Assembly: GCA_036826495.1 (NCBI GenBank)
Contig: DAISWF010000010.1
Span: 1-51,101, forward strand
Direction: 5' to 3'
DNA: 51,101 nucleotides
From: Burkholderiaceae bacterium
Lineage (GTDB): Bacteria > Pseudomonadota > Gammaproteobacteria > Burkholderiales > Burkholderiaceae_E
Shown: positions 49,522-51,101 of the stretch, in pieces
Layout: each line of letters begins with the position of its first letter
Numbering within the stretch: the stretch's first letter is position 1
Notes under the pieces: model-generated
Seen by the model: the letters and a program-made list of their open reading frames with translations, nothing else
What the model was told of the DNA's origin: nothing
Databases searched by the model: none
Program-made: the position numbers and the translations under genes

Positions 49522-51101
49522 CGGCACCGATCGCCGATCTGCAGCCGACGTCGCCCTCGCAGCCGCGGCCGCTGCCCGGCGCCTGGGACGACTTCGACGC
49601 GATGCTGGCCGCCGGCGTGCGCACGATCCCGCAGTTGCTGGTGCATCAGGCTGCCCGCCATGGCGAGCAGGTGCTCCACCGCAAGAAGGACTTCGGCGTC
49701 TGGCAGCGTTTCACCTGGAACGAGGTGCTGCGGCGGGTGCGCGAGCTGGCGATGGGCCTGGCGGCGCTCGGCGTGCGGCGCGGCGGCACGGTGGCGGCCG
49801 TCGGCGAGAACGAGCCGGAGCTGTTCTGGACCGAGTATGCGGCGCTGGCGATCGGCGCGAAGGTGGTGTGCCTCTATCCGGACCTGACCGCCGCGCAGAT
49901 GGAATTCCAGCTCCAGCACTCCGAGGCGGTGGGGGTGGTCTGCGAAGACCAGGAGCAGGGCGACAAGGTGCTCGAGCTGGAACCGAAGCTGCCGGCCGTC
50001 ACCGCGGTGGTCTACTGGGATGACCGCGGCATGTGGAAGTACGATCACCCGCTTCTCAGGCGCTTCGACGAGGTGATGGCGCTGGGCGCCGGCGCGCTGC
50101 GCGAAACCCCCGACGCGTTCGATCGCGAGGTGCGCGCCGGGCGCGGCGAGGACACCGCGGTGCTCAGCTATACCTCCGGCACCACCGGGCTGCCCAAGGC
50201 CTGCGCGCTGACGCACCTGAACCTGATCGAGGGCTCGGCGCGGATGACCGGCGTGATCCGCTTCGTGCCGTTCACCCGCTATCTGTCGTACATCTCGCCG
50301 GCCTGGGCCACCGAGCAGTTCTTCGGGCTGACGCTCGGCCTGCTGGTTCCGTTCGTCGTGAACTTCCCCGAAGAGCCCGAGACGGTGCAGGAGAACATCC
50401 GCGAGATCGGCGCCCAGGTGCTGATGCTGAGCCCGCGGCAATGGGAGAACCTGGCGTCGGTCGTCGAGGCCAAGATGATGGACGCCGGGCCGCTGCGGCG
50501 CGCGGTGTTCCGCTGGGGCATGGCGGTCGGCCGGCGCACGCGGCTCGCGGCGCTCGAAGGCCGGACGGCCGGCACCTGGGCGAAGCTGCAGTACGCGCTC
50601 GCCGATGCCCTGGTGCTCGCCCATCTGCGCGACAACCTCGGTCTGCAGGACGCCTATTTCCCGGTGTCGGGCGGCTCCGGCATGGCGCCCGACGTGTTCC
50701 GCTTCTTCCATGCGATGGGCGTGCCGCTGCGCAACATCTACGGCACGACCGAGATGGGGCTGTTCTCGCTGCACCAGGGCGAAGCCTACGATCTGGAGAC
50801 GGTCGGCCACTGGCTGCCGGTGCCGAAGCAGCTCGGCCAGCGGCTGGAATACCGGATCAGCGGCGAAGGCGAACTGCTGGTGCGCGGCGGCTCCGGCTTC
50901 AACGGCTACTATCGCAATCCGGAGGCGTCGGAGAAGAAGCTCATCGACGGCTGGTACCGGACCGGCGACTCGGTGCATCTGACCGACAACGGCCAGATCG
51001 TCTATCTCGAGCGCCTCGACGACATGCGCGAGCTGGCCAACGGCCACCGCTATCCGCCGCAGTTCATCGAGAACCGGCTGCGCTTCTCGCCGTTCGTGAA
51101 G
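49518..51101 (+). CDS. Long-chain acyl-CoA ligase (AMP-binding), 5' 528 codons; continues past window end
   Basis: Absent from the ORF track because it is open at the window edge. Translation from ATG 49518 (ATGA overlap with the LivG-like stop) gives MTAPIADLQP...LSYTSGTTGLPKACALTH...YGTTEMG...WYRTGD. The AMP-binding motif is canonical. Confidence 0.88.
   Translation, partial: MTAPIADLQPTSPSQPRPLPGAWDDFDAMLAAGVRTIPQLLVHQAARHGEQVLHRKKDFGVWQRFTWNEVLRRVRELAMGLAALGVRRGGTVAAVGENEPELFWTEYAALAIGAKVVCLYPDLTAAQMEFQLQHSEAVGVVCEDQEQGDKVLELEPKLPAVTAVVYWDDRGMWKYDHPLLRRFDEVMALGAGALRETPDAFDREVRAGRGEDTAVLSYTSGTTGLPKACALTHLNLIEGSARMTGVIRFVPFTRYLSYISPAWATEQFFGLTLGLLVPFVVNFPEEPETVQENIREIGAQVLMLSPRQWENLASVVEAKMMDAGPLRRAVFRWGMAVGRRTRLAALEGRTAGTWAKLQYALADALVLAHLRDNLGLQDAYFPVSGGSGMAPDVFRFFHAMGVPLRNIYGTTEMGLFSLHQGEAYDLETVGHWLPVPKQLGQRLEYRISGEGELLVRGGSGFNGYYRNPEASEKKLIDGWYRTGDSVHLTDNGQIVYLERLDDMRELANGHRYPPQFIENRLRFSPFVK

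Overview
This is a very GC-rich window that looks Burkholderiales-like by codon bias and protein content; composition was not computed and no database search was run. It is almost entirely coding and metabolic. I support 47 protein-coding genes, two of them truncated at the window edges and absent from the ORF track, plus one low-confidence small ORF and a 6-codon upstream ORF. I recognised no rRNA, tRNA, CRISPR array, transposase, integrase or phage gene.

Layout:
- **1-2201:** start of an RND efflux pump, its adaptor, and a divergent ArsR regulator.
- **2236-7284:** psiF-like gene, a SAM methyltransferase, a 1051-aa SARP/BTAD-ATPase-TPR regulator and a DUF4242 protein.
- **7397-19267, minus strand:** a 10-gene operon encoding a NitT/TauT-type ABC importer, aldehyde dehydrogenase, phthalate-family Rieske oxygenase with its reductase, an embedded GntR, a Cys-type sulfatase, a GMC oxidoreductase and a thiolase.
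- **19899-29831:** a soluble PAS-LytTR regulator followed by a form-I-ordered CO-dehydrogenase-like cluster (coxMSL-G-D-E plus a MocA-like cytidylyltransferase and a membrane protein). The CoxL active-site loop reads AYRCSLR rather than the canonical AYxCSFR.
- **29949-45583:** a GntR plus binding-protein unit, divergent from a 15-gene translationally coupled operon. That operon combines an ABC importer, CoA-transferase A/B, an SDR, a three-part biotin-dependent carboxylase with a 5S/HMGL-type carboxyltransferase, an SCP-x thiolase with its DUF35 partner, EthD, AcnX (DUF521+DUF126) and a GMC oxidoreductase. I cannot match this enzyme set to any characterised pathway, so it is my best candidate for an undescribed system.
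- **45716-51101:** an MFS transporter, a P-loop-degenerate acyl-CoA-synthetase-like gene behind a 6-codon coupled uORF, a LivG-like ATPase and a truncated long-chain acyl-CoA ligase.

Non-coding signals:
- three CCGC-N3-TCGTGC boxes at exact 21-bp phasing upstream of coxM;
- a 35-nt motif shared by two intergenic regions, one copy forming a 12-bp hairpin;
- AT-rich promoter/operator islands;
- a perfect 15-bp tandem duplication;
- several in-frame coding microsatellites.

Many long ORFs in the track are antisense or off-frame high-GC artefacts and were rejected. All family calls rest on motif and sequence recognition by eye.
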